Assembly: GCA_963692965.2 (NCBI GenBank)
Contig: OY843589.2
Coordinates: 278,938 to 342,937 of the forward strand
Origin: Pontimonas sp.
Lineage (GTDB): Bacteria > Actinomycetota > Actinomycetes > Actinomycetales > Microbacteriaceae
Direction: 5' to 3'
DNA: 64,000 bases
Under the pieces are notes generated by a model. That model was not told the DNA's origin. It saw only the letters and a list, made by a program, of their open reading frames with translations, and ran no database searches. This document shows, piece by piece, positions 25,957 through 38,914 of the stretch (positions are counted from its first letter, which is position 1; the number at the start of each line of letters is the position of its first letter). The position numbers and the translations under genes are program-made.

Positions 25957-26787
25957 TTGATTGACAATCCGCGATCACCGCGCGTCCGCGCTGTGGCCAA
26001 ACTCGCCAAAAAATCGCGGCGTCGCGAGGCCGGTCTCTTTCTCGTCGAAGGCCCCCAAGCGGTCCGAGAAGCACTCACCCACCGCCCAGACGGCGCCGGC
26101 GAAGTGTTCATGACCGAACACGCCGTGACCAAACACACCGATATCAAGCGCCTCGCCGCCGCTGCCGGCATCCCCATCGAACCGGTCACCGAAGAAGTGC
26201 TGCTGCAGATGGCCGACACCGGCACTCCGCAGGGAGTGGTCGCCGTCCACCAGATGTCGACCCTTACCCTGCCCCAAGCCATCAAAGAATCCCCCCGGCT
26301 AGTCGTGATTCTTGACCGGGTCAGTGATCCGGGAAACGCCGGAACGATTATTCGCGTCGCCGTGGCTTCCGGCGCTGACGCGGTCATCGTCACCGACGAT
26401 TCGGTGGATATTTACAACCCGAAAGTCGTGCGCAGCACGACCGGATCGCTGTTTCACATTCCGGTCATCCGCGGAGTGTCGTTGAAAAAAGCCATTAACG
26501 CGATGACAAAAGCAGGCCTGCAGGTGCTGGCTGCCGATATGTCCGGCGACCCGCTCCCGGTCGTCGCGGCCAGTGGTGCCTTGGCAGACCCCACCGCGTG
26601 GCTGTTAGGCAACGAAGCACACGGCCTGGACGATAAGGCCCTGGCCCAATCAGACCGGGTCGTGGCTGTGCCGCAGTATGGGCCGGTGGAATCGATGAAC
26701 CTCGCCACCGCCGCGTCGGTCTGTCTGTTCCAATCCGCCTTCGCCCAGCACCCAGACGGTCCGCCCCTGTCGGAGGTGCCGGGCTAG
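25957..26787 (+). CDS. TrmH/SpoU-family RNA 2'-O-methyltransferase
   Basis: SpoU motifs DPGNAGTIIRVA, LLGNEAHGL and VPQYGPVESMNLATAASV. TTG start per the ORF track; the start is uncertain. Confidence 0.8.
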   Translation: MIDNPRSPRVRAVAKLAKKSRRREAGLFLVEGPQAVREALTHRPDGAGEVFMTEHAVTKHTDIKRLAAAAGIPIEPVTEEVLLQMADTGTPQGVVAVHQMSTLTLPQAIKESPRLVVILDRVSDPGNAGTIIRVAVASGADAVIVTDDSVDIYNPKVVRSTTGSLFHIPVIRGVSLKKAINAMTKAGLQVLAADMSGDPLPVVAASGALADPTAWLLGNEAHGLDDKALAQSDRVVAVPQYGPVESMNLATAASVCLFQSAFAQHPDGPPLSEVPG

Positions 26788-26789
26788 AC

Positions 26790-27862
26790 TTGGCGCTCGT
26801 GTCCGACACCCCCGAGCCCACACCAGCTGCGACCCCTGCTCCCACTCCTGAGAGCGTTCAGAGCGCTCTTGCTGACGCGCTCGCTGCGGTCTCTGCTGCC
26901 CAGTCAGTTGCTGAGCTCAAAACGGTCCGCGCCAGTCATCTAGGAGACGCGTCCGTCCTGGCTGGTTTTCACGCGGGCATTAAGTCTCTTCCTGGCGAAC
27001 AGCGGGCAGACGTCGGGAAGTTGGTCGGTGGTGCAAAAGCGGAACTCTCGGCCGCCGTGGAGGCGAAGACTGCCGAGTTGGAGAGTATCGAAGAAGCCCA
27101 GCAGCTCCAGGCAGACGCCGTGGATGTCACCGCCATTGCTGCGACGACACATCCAGGCGGACGTCATCCACTGACCGTGTTAATGGAACAGATGGCCGAT
27201 GTGTTTGTGTCGATGGGGTGGGAAATTGGTGAGGGACCCGAGCTCGAGCACGAATGGTTCAACTTCGATGCCCTGAACTTTGACGCCGATCACCCGGCCA
27301 GGGCCCTGCAGGATACGTTTTTTATCGACCCCGTCGAGCGGCATCTGCTGCTTCGCACGCATACCTCTCCGGTGCAGATGCGCTCGCTATTGTCCAGGGA
27401 CCTCCCGGTCTATGTGGTCTCACCCGGCCGGGTGTATCGCACCGACGAGCTCGATGCCACTCACACGCCGGTCTTCCACCAAATCGAAGGCATCGCCATC
27501 GACCGCGGGCTCACCATGGCGCACCTGCGGGGAACGCTCGACCACTTAGCCCGGGCCATGTTTGGCGACGACGCGAAAGTCCGCCTCCGGCCCAACTTCT
27601 TCCCCTTCACCGAGCCCAGCGCCGAAATGGATATTTGGCATCCCACGTTCCGCGGGGGAGCGAGGTGGATCGAATGGGGTGGCTGCGGCATGGTCAACCG
27701 CAATGTTCTCCTCGCCGCTGGCATTGACCCGGATGAGTATCAGGGATTTGCCTTCGGGATGGGCATCGAGCGGACGTTGATGTTCCGCAACAACATCTCC
27801 GATATGCGCGACATGGTCGAAGGCGATATTCGCTTCACCCAGGGCTTTGGGATGGTGGTCTA

Positions 27863-27863
<1 letters not shown>
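26790..27863 (+). CDS. pheS: Phenylalanine--tRNA ligase alpha subunit
   Basis: Class II motifs FNFDALNF, RTHTSPVQ and GFAFGMGIERT. The start (TTG 26790 or GTG 26799) is uncertain. Confidence 0.9.
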
Positions 27864-30367
<2,504 letters not shown>

Positions 30368-30412
30368 TAGCGCTCTCCGTCTGACCTTCCACCTCTGGTT
30401 TAAGGTGAGACA

Positions 30413-31465
30413 GTGACGAGTGTGGCGATTGCGGGAGCCAGCGGCTATGCCGGCGGCGAGATGGCGCGCCTGGTCTCTGGCCACCCCGAGTTCGAATTGG
30501 GCCTACTCACCGCTGAGCGAAACGCCGGCAGACCGATCCGTGAAATCCACCCGCACCTGCGAGGCCTGCCGCACGACACTTTTCAGACAACCGATATCCA
30601 GGCTCTCGCCGCCTACGACATTGTCGTGCTCGCCCTGCCCCACGGCCGCTCGGGAGCGCTCGGAGAGCAGCTACTAGACGCGTCGCCAGACACGGTGCTG
30701 GTCGACCTCGGTGCCGACCGTCGGTTGCAGGATGCTGGCGACTGGGCGGCGTATTACGGCGGCGAGCACTATGCGCCGTTTGTCTATGCGATGCCGGAGC
30801 TTGTGCTGGCAGATGGCTCGAGACAGCGCGAGCGGCTGGCAGGCGCCACCAGGCTCGCCGCACCCGGGTGTAATGCGACCGCGGTGACACTCGCCGTGGC
30901 ACCCCTGATTCACGCTGGGCTGGTCGACGACGCCGACATTGTGGCCACTCTTGCTGTGGGTCCAAGCGGTGCCGGGCGAGCGCCGCGAGAAGACCTCATG
31001 GCCAGTGAACTTCTGGGCTCCGCCCACGCCTACGGCGCAGGCGGCCAGCACCGCCATATTCCAGAGATTCGACAAAACCTCGTGCTGTCAGGGGCTACCG
31101 ATCCCGTCGTCACCTTGACGCCGGTGTTGGTGCCCATGTCCCGGGGCATCCTCGCGGTCAGCACGCTGCGTATTGCCCAGGGGGTGAGCGATCAGGACCT
31201 TCGCGACCACCTGGCCCAGGTGTATGCCGAGGACGACTTTATGGATCTTTCACCGGCTGGCACCCTCCCCACCACCGGCAGTGTGTTGGGCTCCAACACG
31301 GTGGCAATCGGTCTTGCGACCGACCACGCAGCCGGACGGGTCACGGTGGTCAGCGCCCTGGATAACCTCGTCAAAGGCACGGCAGGAGCTGCCGTACAAA
31401 GCCTCAATATTGCCCGGGGGCTACCCGAGTCCACCGGCCTCAGCGCCGATGGAGTAGCACCGTGA
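30413..31465 (+). CDS. argC: N-acetyl-gamma-glutamyl-phosphate reductase
   Basis: IAGASGYAGGE N-terminus; the catalytic Cys is in AAPGCNATA. Confidence 0.9.
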   Translation: MTSVAIAGASGYAGGEMARLVSGHPEFELGLLTAERNAGRPIREIHPHLRGLPHDTFQTTDIQALAAYDIVVLALPHGRSGALGEQLLDASPDTVLVDLGADRRLQDAGDWAAYYGGEHYAPFVYAMPELVLADGSRQRERLAGATRLAAPGCNATAVTLAVAPLIHAGLVDDADIVATLAVGPSGAGRAPREDLMASELLGSAHAYGAGGQHRHIPEIRQNLVLSGATDPVVTLTPVLVPMSRGILAVSTLRIAQGVSDQDLRDHLAQVYAEDDFMDLSPAGTLPTTGSVLGSNTVAIGLATDHAAGRVTVVSALDNLVKGTAGAAVQSLNIARGLPESTGLSADGVAP

Positions 31466-32634
31466 GTGTGACGTTTCCGGCAGGATTTCGCGCAGGCAGT
31501 GTTGACGCGGGCTTAAGCGCCCGGACCGGCCCTGACCTGACGGTGATTGTGAACGATGGGCCCAGGCAGTCCGCAGCCGCCGTGTTCACCTCGAACCGCG
31601 CCAAAGCACACCCCATCCGCTGGTCGATGGCGGCTATTGCCGATGGGCAGGCCCGGGCCATTGTCTTGAACTCCGGAGGCGCCAACTGTTTCACCGGCCC
31701 GGAAGGATTCCAGCTCGCCCATAAAACCGCGGAACACACCGCGGAGACTCTGGTGGCGAGCGGGATGGAGTGCAGCGGATCCGATGTGTTGGTCTGCTCG
31801 ACCGGATTGATCGGCGAGCCACTCCCGGCGGGAGCTGTTATTCAGGGCATCGAGGTGGCGATTTCCCACTTAGACGACTCGGATCAGGCAGGCGTGCAGG
31901 CGGCAGAAGCCATTCTGACCACGGACTCGCACACCAAAACCCTGACCCGCGAAGTGGCTGGGGTGCGCATTGGGGCGATGGCCAAAGGCGCTGGAATGTT
32001 GGCGCCCGGGCTTGCCACCATGCTGGTCGTGGTGACCACTGACGCGGACTACCCCGCGGAGACTCTCGATCGGATGCTCCGGGTCGCCACCGCAGCGAGC
32101 TTTGACCGGTTGGACTCCGACGGGTGTATGTCGACAAACGACCAAGTCTCGCTGCTCGCGTCTGGGGCGAGTGCCGTCACACCCGATGAAGACGTCTTCC
32201 AAGACGCACTCACCGGGGTGTGTGTCGAGCTTGCCCGGATGCTGCAGCGAGACGCCGAAGGGGCCCACCACGACATCACGATTGACGTCGTGCGGGCCGT
32301 GTCGGTCGACGACGCGCTGTCGGTGGGTCGGGCGGTCGCACGGTCCAATCTGTTCAAAGCAGCGGTCTTTGGCGGCGATCCCAACTGGGGCAGAATCCTC
32401 TCCGCGATGGGGACGGCGAGTGGTGATTTTGTGGTCGACCAGTGCGATGTGTCGATAAACGGTGTTCGGGTGTGTGCCGCGGGGCAGCCCGATCGTCCCC
32501 GCACTGAGGTCGATATGTCGAACCGGGAGGTTGTGATTGAGATTGACCTGCGGGCGGGGGACCAGTCCGGCGTGATCTGGACCAACGACCTCACCCACGA
32601 CTATGTCCACGAAAACAGCGCCTACTCGAGCTAG
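31462..32634 (+). CDS. argJ: Bifunctional ornithine acetyltransferase / N-acetylglutamate synthase
   Basis: The self-cleavage region is PGLATMLVVVTTDA. GTGA overlap with argC. Confidence 0.9.
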   Translation: MSVTFPAGFRAGSVDAGLSARTGPDLTVIVNDGPRQSAAAVFTSNRAKAHPIRWSMAAIADGQARAIVLNSGGANCFTGPEGFQLAHKTAEHTAETLVASGMECSGSDVLVCSTGLIGEPLPAGAVIQGIEVAISHLDDSDQAGVQAAEAILTTDSHTKTLTREVAGVRIGAMAKGAGMLAPGLATMLVVVTTDADYPAETLDRMLRVATAASFDRLDSDGCMSTNDQVSLLASGASAVTPDEDVFQDALTGVCVELARMLQRDAEGAHHDITIDVVRAVSVDDALSVGRAVARSNLFKAAVFGGDPNWGRILSAMGTASGDFVVDQCDVSINGVRVCAAGQPDRPRTEVDMSNREVVIEIDLRAGDQSGVIWTNDLTHDYVHENSAYSS

Positions 32635-32638
32635 CCCC

Positions 32639-33535
32639 ATGATTTCTCCAGACCCCAGGCACCACGACGCGCATGTCAAAGCACAAACGCTGATCGAATC
32701 GCTGCCGTGGCTGCTTCGTTTCCAAGGCGACACCGTCGTGGTCAAACTGGGCGGCAACGCCATGGTGAGCGAGGACCTGCTCGACGCCTTTGCCGCCGAC
32801 ATGGTCTATCTGCACACTGTCGGTGTCCGACCCGTCATCGTCCACGGTGGGGGTCCACAAATTTCTGACGCGCTGGAATCCCGCGGAATTGACAGCGAAT
32901 TTGTCGGCGGCTACCGCGTCACCAGCACCGAAGCGATTCCTGTGGTGCGCACGGTCCTGCGGGAGGATATTTCAGCCGATATCGTTCAGCGCATCGAACG
33001 CTACGGCGTCAGGGCTGTTGCCGTGAACGGATTCGATGGCGGATTGTTCTATGCCACCAGGCGGGGTGCTGTGATCGACGGCGAAACCCACGATCTGGGC
33101 CGGGTGGGCGATGTGACATCTGTCCACCCCGAGGCGCTCGCCCCGCATGCAGACGCAGGAGTCATCCCCGTGGTCTCGTCGATTGCGCCGGAATCCGAGA
33201 CCGACACCGTGGGGTTGAACATTAACGCCGACCAGGCCGCGGGAGCGCTCGCCATCGGACTGCAGGCCTCCAAGCTGGTGTTGTTAACCGATGTGCCCGG
33301 GCTCTATGCCGCCTGGCCGAACACCGACGAGGTCATTTCGACGATTACTGTCCCTGCCTTGGAGCAGATGCTGCCATCGCTCAGTGCCGGCATGATTCCC
33401 AAAATGACGGCCTGTGTAGAGGCGGTGCGGGGCGGAGTGGCCAAAGCGGCGATTATTGATGGCAGGCTGGGACATTCCGTCTTGCTCGAAATCTTTACCC
33501 CCAGTGGAATCGGAACCGAGGTGATCGCCCAGTGA
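32639..33535 (+). CDS. argB: Acetylglutamate kinase
   Basis: VVKLGGNAM and VHGGGPQI motifs. ATG 32639 lies 4 nt after the argJ stop. The track start at 32603 overlaps argJ. Confidence 0.9.
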   Translation: MISPDPRHHDAHVKAQTLIESLPWLLRFQGDTVVVKLGGNAMVSEDLLDAFAADMVYLHTVGVRPVIVHGGGPQISDALESRGIDSEFVGGYRVTSTEAIPVVRTVLREDISADIVQRIERYGVRAVAVNGFDGGLFYATRRGAVIDGETHDLGRVGDVTSVHPEALAPHADAGVIPVVSSIAPESETDTVGLNINADQAAGALAIGLQASKLVLLTDVPGLYAAWPNTDEVISTITVPALEQMLPSLSAGMIPKMTACVEAVRGGVAKAAIIDGRLGHSVLLEIFTPSGIGTEVIAQ

Positions 33536-34455
33536 CCAGGCATTTCCTGCGCGATGACGACATCACCCCCGCCGAGCAGGCTGACATTCTGCGGCTTGCC
33601 GCCCAGGTCAAAGCAGACCGGTTCGGTGAGAGACCGCTTGCGGGGCCCCAGACGGTGGCGGTGATTTTCGATAAATCCTCCACCAGAACCCGGGTGTCGT
33701 TTGCGGTGGGCATTGCCGATCTCGGCGGAACACCGCTGGTGATATCAACGGCGTCGTCACAGCTCGGCGGAAAAGAAACCCCGGCGGATACCGCGCGGGT
33801 GCTCGAGCGGATGGTGGCCGCGATTGTCTGGCGCACCTACGGCCAAGAAGGCCTGGAAGAAATGGCCGATGGCACGAGCGTGCCGGTGATTAATGCCCTC
33901 AGCGACGAATTCCACCCCTGCCAGTTACTCGCAGATTTACTGACAATCCAGGAAAAACGAGGTGAGCTGGCTGGCACCACCGTGTGTTTCACCGGCGATG
34001 GAGGCTCGAATATGGCGCAGAGCTACCTGCTGGCCTGCGCCACCGCGGGGATGCATATTCGCATCGCCTGCCCCCCCGACTTTGCGCCCAGGCCCGACAT
34101 CATCGCCGACGCCGAAAAAATCGCTATCGAAACCGGCGGGTCGGTGCGGGTGGGCCACGCCCCCCGCGACCTCGTCCAGGGCGCCGACGTGGTCGTCACC
34201 GACACCTGGGTGTCGATGGGCAAAGAAGACGAAAAAGTCCGCCGGGTCAAAACCTTCACCCCCTACCAAGTCACCACGGAGCTGATGGCAGCGGCAAATC
34301 CGCAGGCGATCTTCCTGCACTGCCTGCCGGCAGACCGCGGATTCGAAGTCGACGCGGACGTCATCGACGGTCCACAGAGCGTGATTTGGGACGAGTCAGA
34401 AAACCGTCTGCACGCCCAAAAGGCTCTCTTGGTCTGGCTGCTCACCCGCGCTTAA
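33532..34455 (+). CDS. argF: Ornithine carbamoyltransferase
   Basis: STRTR, HPCQ and HCLP motifs. GTGA overlap with argB. Confidence 0.9.
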   Translation: MTRHFLRDDDITPAEQADILRLAAQVKADRFGERPLAGPQTVAVIFDKSSTRTRVSFAVGIADLGGTPLVISTASSQLGGKETPADTARVLERMVAAIVWRTYGQEGLEEMADGTSVPVINALSDEFHPCQLLADLLTIQEKRGELAGTTVCFTGDGGSNMAQSYLLACATAGMHIRIACPPDFAPRPDIIADAEKIAIETGGSVRVGHAPRDLVQGADVVVTDTWVSMGKEDEKVRRVKTFTPYQVTTELMAAANPQAIFLHCLPADRGFEVDADVIDGPQSVIWDESENRLHAQKALLVWLLTRA

Positions 34456-34526
34456 GCGTCGGTGGCGGTCAGTAGAGTAGGGCCATCCCCCGGGCGACGA
34501 GCACTCCGGGAATGAGGAAGGAAGTT

Positions 34527-35720
34527 ATGTCCAATCGCGTTGTCCTTGCCTATTCGGGCGGTCTCGATACGTCGGTCGGGATTGGCTGGTTGCGCGACCA
34601 GACCGGACAAGACGTCGTCGCGCTCGCGGTCGATCTCGGTCAAGGCGGCGAAGACATGGACACGATCCGCCAGCGGGCGCTGGACTGCGGCGCGGTCGAG
34701 TCGATTGTGGTCGACGCAAAAGACGAATTCGCCAGTGATTTTGTGATGCCAGCGCTCAAGGCCAACGCCAAATACCAAAAGCGCTACCCCTTGGTCTCCG
34801 CGCTATCCAGGCCGCTGATTGTTCGGCACTTAGTCCGGGTGGCGAAAGAACTCTCCTGCGACACCGTCGCCCACGGCTGCACGGGTAAAGGAAACGACCA
34901 GGTTCGTTTTGAAGCAGGCGTTCTCGCCCTGGCTCCAGAGTTATCCAATATTGCCCCGATTCGTGACCTGGCGCTGACTCGGGATAAAGCCATTGCCTAC
35001 GCCGAGGAAAACAACCTCCCGATTGAACAGTCGAAGAAAAACCCCTACTCGGTCGATAAAAACGTCTGGGGTCGCACGGTGGAGACAGGCGCGCTGGAAG
35101 ATCCGTGGGCGGCACCGGGGGATGACGTCTGGGAATACACCACCGATCCAGACCCGGCGAAGCCTGCCGACGAGGTGGTGCTGACCTTCGCAGCAGGTAT
35201 CCCGGTGGCACTCGATGGCCAGGCGGTAACCCCCCTGCAGGCAATCCAGCAGCTCAACACCATTGCCGGCGCACACGGTGTCGGACGGGTCGACATTATG
35301 GAAGACCGACTGGTCGGGATTAAAAGCCGCGAGGTCTATGAAGTCCCCGGGGCTGACGTGCTGCTCAACGCCCACGAAGAGCTCGAAAACCTCGTGATGG
35401 AGCGGGATCTGAACCGCTATAAGCGCCGGGTCGAGGCCGACTGGGCGAATCTGGTCTATGACGGACAGTGGTATTCGGGGCTGAAAACCAGCCTCGATGC
35501 GTTCATCGACAGCACCCAGGAGCACGTCTCCGGTGAGGTGCGGGTGCGCATCCACGCCGGCCAGGCCGTGGTGACCGGTCGGCAAAGCTCCCAGAGCCTC
35601 TACGACTTTGACCTTGCCACCTACGACACCGGCGACCAGTTTGACCAATCCCACGCCAAAGGCTTCATTGAACTGTGGAGTCTGCCCGGGAAAATCGCCG
35701 CGAAGAGAAACCAGAAGTAG
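34527..35720 (+). CDS. argG: Argininosuccinate synthase
   Basis: [17 protein letters not shown]-terminus with a GAGGAAGGAAG SD. Confidence 0.9.
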   Translation: MSNRVVLAYSGGLDTSVGIGWLRDQTGQDVVALAVDLGQGGEDMDTIRQRALDCGAVESIVVDAKDEFASDFVMPALKANAKYQKRYPLVSALSRPLIVRHLVRVAKELSCDTVAHGCTGKGNDQVRFEAGVLALAPELSNIAPIRDLALTRDKAIAYAEENNLPIEQSKKNPYSVDKNVWGRTVETGALEDPWAAPGDDVWEYTTDPDPAKPADEVVLTFAAGIPVALDGQAVTPLQAIQQLNTIAGAHGVGRVDIMEDRLVGIKSREVYEVPGADVLLNAHEELENLVMERDLNRYKRRVEADWANLVYDGQWYSGLKTSLDAFIDSTQEHVSGEVRVRIHAGQAVVTGRQSSQSLYDFDLATYDTGDQFDQSHAKGFIELWSLPGKIAAKRNQK

Positions 35721-35722
35721 CC

Positions 35723-37142
35723 ATGTCCGAACACACTCCCGGCACCCACGGGGGGAGCTTATGGGGTGGGCGGTTTCAGCAGGGACCCGATTGGACCCTC
35801 CAGCAGCTCTCCCGTTCCACCCATTTCGACTGGCAGCTTGTTCCCTATGACCTCGACGCCACGGCAGCCCACAGCCGGGCGCTCCAGGCAGCCGGGTATC
35901 TAAGCGCCTCCCAGCTCGAGACTGTCGAGGCAGCGCTCGAGTCGATGCGGGAGGACTACCTGAAGGGCAGGCTGGAGCCCAGGCCCGATGACGAGGACGT
36001 TCACGGCGCTCTCGAGCGGGAGCTGATTACCCGGGTAGGCGACGACCTGGGCGGGATGATTCGAGCGGGTCGAAGTAGAAACGACCAAATCGCGACGTTT
36101 GTGCGGATGTATTTACGAGAACGCTTCCGCGCGATTAGGCAGATTCTGATCGAGACCGTCCGGATCCTGATTACCCGCTCCGAAGACGCAGGCGACGCGG
36201 TGATGCCTGGCCGGACGCATTTTCAACACGCCCAACCCGTCCTGGTCGCACACTATTCTCCTGGCCCACGCGTGGCCGCTGGTGCGCGATATTCAACGGA
36301 TTGATCAGTGGGCTGACAGAAACAACTACTCGGCCTACGGTGCCGGCGCTCTCGCCGGTGGGGGATTGGGTCTCGACGCCCACCAGGTCGCGAGCGATCT
36401 GGGATTTGATGGCGTCGTGCCCAATTCGCTGGATGCCACCTCGGCGAGAGACACGGTCGCAGAAGCGCTCTATATTGCGGCCCAAATTGGCGTCGATATC
36501 TCGCGAATTGCCGAAGAAATCATCGTCTACTCCACTGCCGAGTTTGGCTACATCACCCTGCACGAGAGCTTTGCGACCGGCTCGTCGATGATGCCGCAGA
36601 AGAAAAACCCCGATATTGCGGAGCTCGCCCGGGGAAAGACCGGACGGCTAGTGGGAAACCTGACCGGGTTATTAACGACCCTCAAAGGCCTCCCGCTTGC
36701 CTATAACCGGGACTTGCAGGAAGACAAAGAGCCGGTATTTGATTCGGCGGAGACACTGCTGGTGACCCTTCCCGCGGTGGCGGGGATGCTCGCCAGTATG
36801 GATATTCACCTTGACCGGATGGCTCAGCAGGCCACTGCCGGCCACGCGCTCGCCACCGATGTGGCCGACTGGTTGGTCGTGCGGGGTGTGCCGTTTCGGC
36901 AGGCCCATGAAATCGTGGGCCGCCTCGTCGCCCGTTGCGAGGAAAAGGGCGTGGAGCTTTCTGAGTTGTCTGACGAGGACTACCAGGCGGTGTCTTCCCA
37001 CCTGGAGCCTGCGGTGCGGGATATTTTGACCGCGGCGGAGTCGGTGTCGAAGAAAAACGGCCCCTCCGGCACGGCACCTTCGTCCGTCCAGGCCCAGCGC
37101 GAATCATTGAGCACGCTGATTGAGAGTCTCGACAGTCAGTAA
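35723..37142 (+). pseudogene. argH: Argininosuccinate lyase interrupted by a +1 frameshift near 36254 (or a sequencing error)
   Basis: The N-terminal part, in the 35723 frame, ends ...GRTHFQHAQPVLVAH and then reads out-of-family sequence to TGA 36302-36304. The +1 frame continues ILLAHAWPLVRDIQRIDQW... through the fumarate-lyase signature GSSMMPQKKNP to 37142. Dropping one base at about 36254 restores a single ~472-aa protein. Confidence 0.8.
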
Positions 37143-37215
37143 GCCTGCTTGCTCTCTCCCGTCTTAGACCGTCGGTACGCAGCCGCGTCAGCGGAGCGCG
37201 CTAGCGTGGAGAGCA

Positions 37216-38868
37216 ATGAAAAGGCGTAGCGCCAGCGTGGCTTTCCTCGGAGTGTTCTCCCTCGCCGTGTCGGCGTGTGCGGCCGCGTCACCAGCCGATG
37301 TGTCGCCACAAGAACGAGACCTCGCTGATTACTATGCCCAAGAGGTGAGTTGGGGCGAGTGCGACAGCGAGTGGCTCATCGACGACGAGGTGTCGACGCT
37401 CGGAGAAAGCTCTCTCGACTGCGCCACGATACTCGTCCCTGCGGTCTACGACGACTCCGCCGACGCTCCGGATTTTGAGCTGGCGCTTATGCGCCGCAGT
37501 GTCGCCGATGATCCCCAGGGTGTCATTTTTATCAACCCCGGCGGCCCAGGAGTCTCCGGCGTCGGGCAGGTGCAATTTTCTAATTTCCCGGACGAACTGC
37601 TCGGCAGTTTTGACATCGTGGGGTTTGACCCTCGTGGAGTCAACCACTCGAGTTTTGCCGACGGCACCGAGATTCGTTGCTCCGATGTCACCGACTACAT
37701 CACCTATTTCGAAGAGGGCTCCCCAGCGAATGAGTCCGAGCTCGACGAGGTAGTCGAGGTGCTAGACGCCCACTACGAAGGGTGTCACGCGGATAATCCG
37801 TATTGGTGGACACTCTCGACCGACAATGTCGCCAAAGACCTCGATATTCTCCGCGAAGTCGTCACCCCCGGGCAGCCGCTGAACTTCCTTGGCTCCTCCT
37901 ATGGCACGACCATTGCCGGGCGCTACGTCAGTGACTTTCCCGACCAGGTGGGACGGATTGTCTTTGACAGTCCCACCACGGTGGATACCGACCGGATCGA
38001 AAGCCGGCTCGAAAAATTGGCCGCCGACGAAGAAAAGCTCCGCGGATTTGTCCAGGGCTATGCCGATAACCAAGAAATCACGTTTGATCAAGCGTGGGAG
38101 ACCGTGCTGGAGATTCGCCAGCTCGCCGATGACGACCAGCTCCACGGCTTCGCAGGGCCCACCCCCGCCGAGGAGTTCCCAGACACCCAAATCAGTTCGG
38201 AGTCGCTATTTACCCGGGGAATCGCCGCGTTGAACTATGTGCCGCAGGCCGACGCGCAGAACTATTTCAACCAGGGCATTTTCGACGCGGTGCAATACCG
38301 CTGGAATGGCACGTTCGAGTGGTTTGCCTTCTGGCTCGATGGATACGACCCAGAGACCCTCTACGGCGAGAGCATCGAGGCTAAAGAGATGGTGCGCTCG
38401 AACGAATACGAAATCCGCACGATGGTCAACACCATGGACTTCTCCCAAGCACCGCTGTCCGAAGAGCAGCAGCGCGAGTTTTCTGACCGCGCAGAAGACG
38501 TCGCGCCACTGCTCTCCGCGCTCTATTCCGACGCCTCGGGCTATGAGTATTTCGGACCCCCGAAGGGGCTTAGCTGGTATCAGATTGCCCTGGATGACCC
38601 GAGCATCCCCATCCCACCCGACGAGCCGTTTGTGCCGTCGAACCCGTCGGGGGCAGAGCTGCTCATTATTGGCTCGACCGACGAATCGGTCACCCCGTTT
38701 AGCTTCGCCGAAGACACCGCGGAGATTCTTGGCGGCACCCTAATCGCCGTCGAATCCGATATCCACGCCCCAGCCGGCAACTACACCAACGACTGCGTCA
38801 ACAGGATCTTGATCGACTATTTCCTCGACCGAGCCGATATCGAACCGGTCACCTGCCCCGGCGTCTAA
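37216..38868 (+). CDS. Secreted alpha/beta hydrolase lipoprotein (TAP/tripeptidyl-aminopeptidase-like)
   Basis: Signal peptide with a lipobox (FSLAVSACAA). The nucleophile elbow is LGSSYGT. 550 aa. Confidence 0.7.
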   Translation: MKRRSASVAFLGVFSLAVSACAAASPADVSPQERDLADYYAQEVSWGECDSEWLIDDEVSTLGESSLDCATILVPAVYDDSADAPDFELALMRRSVADDPQGVIFINPGGPGVSGVGQVQFSNFPDELLGSFDIVGFDPRGVNHSSFADGTEIRCSDVTDYITYFEEGSPANESELDEVVEVLDAHYEGCHADNPYWWTLSTDNVAKDLDILREVVTPGQPLNFLGSSYGTTIAGRYVSDFPDQVGRIVFDSPTTVDTDRIESRLEKLAADEEKLRGFVQGYADNQEITFDQAWETVLEIRQLADDDQLHGFAGPTPAEEFPDTQISSESLFTRGIAALNYVPQADAQNYFNQGIFDAVQYRWNGTFEWFAFWLDGYDPETLYGESIEAKEMVRSNEYEIRTMVNTMDFSQAPLSEEQQREFSDRAEDVAPLLSALYSDASGYEYFGPPKGLSWYQIALDDPSIPIPPDEPFVPSNPSGAELLIIGSTDESVTPFSFAEDTAEILGGTLIAVESDIHAPAGNYTNDCVNRILIDYFLDRADIEPVTCPGV

Positions 38869-38914
38869 GCCCGATATCCCGGGCGAGGCCGCGCCCGCTG
38901 ATAACCTAAATGCC

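Noticed and set aside
38869-38914. Short leaders of tyrS (46 nt), pheS (2 nt after the upstream gene) and argC (45 nt), checked for T-box, riboswitch or attenuator elements.
   Set aside because: The gaps are far too short for such elements.
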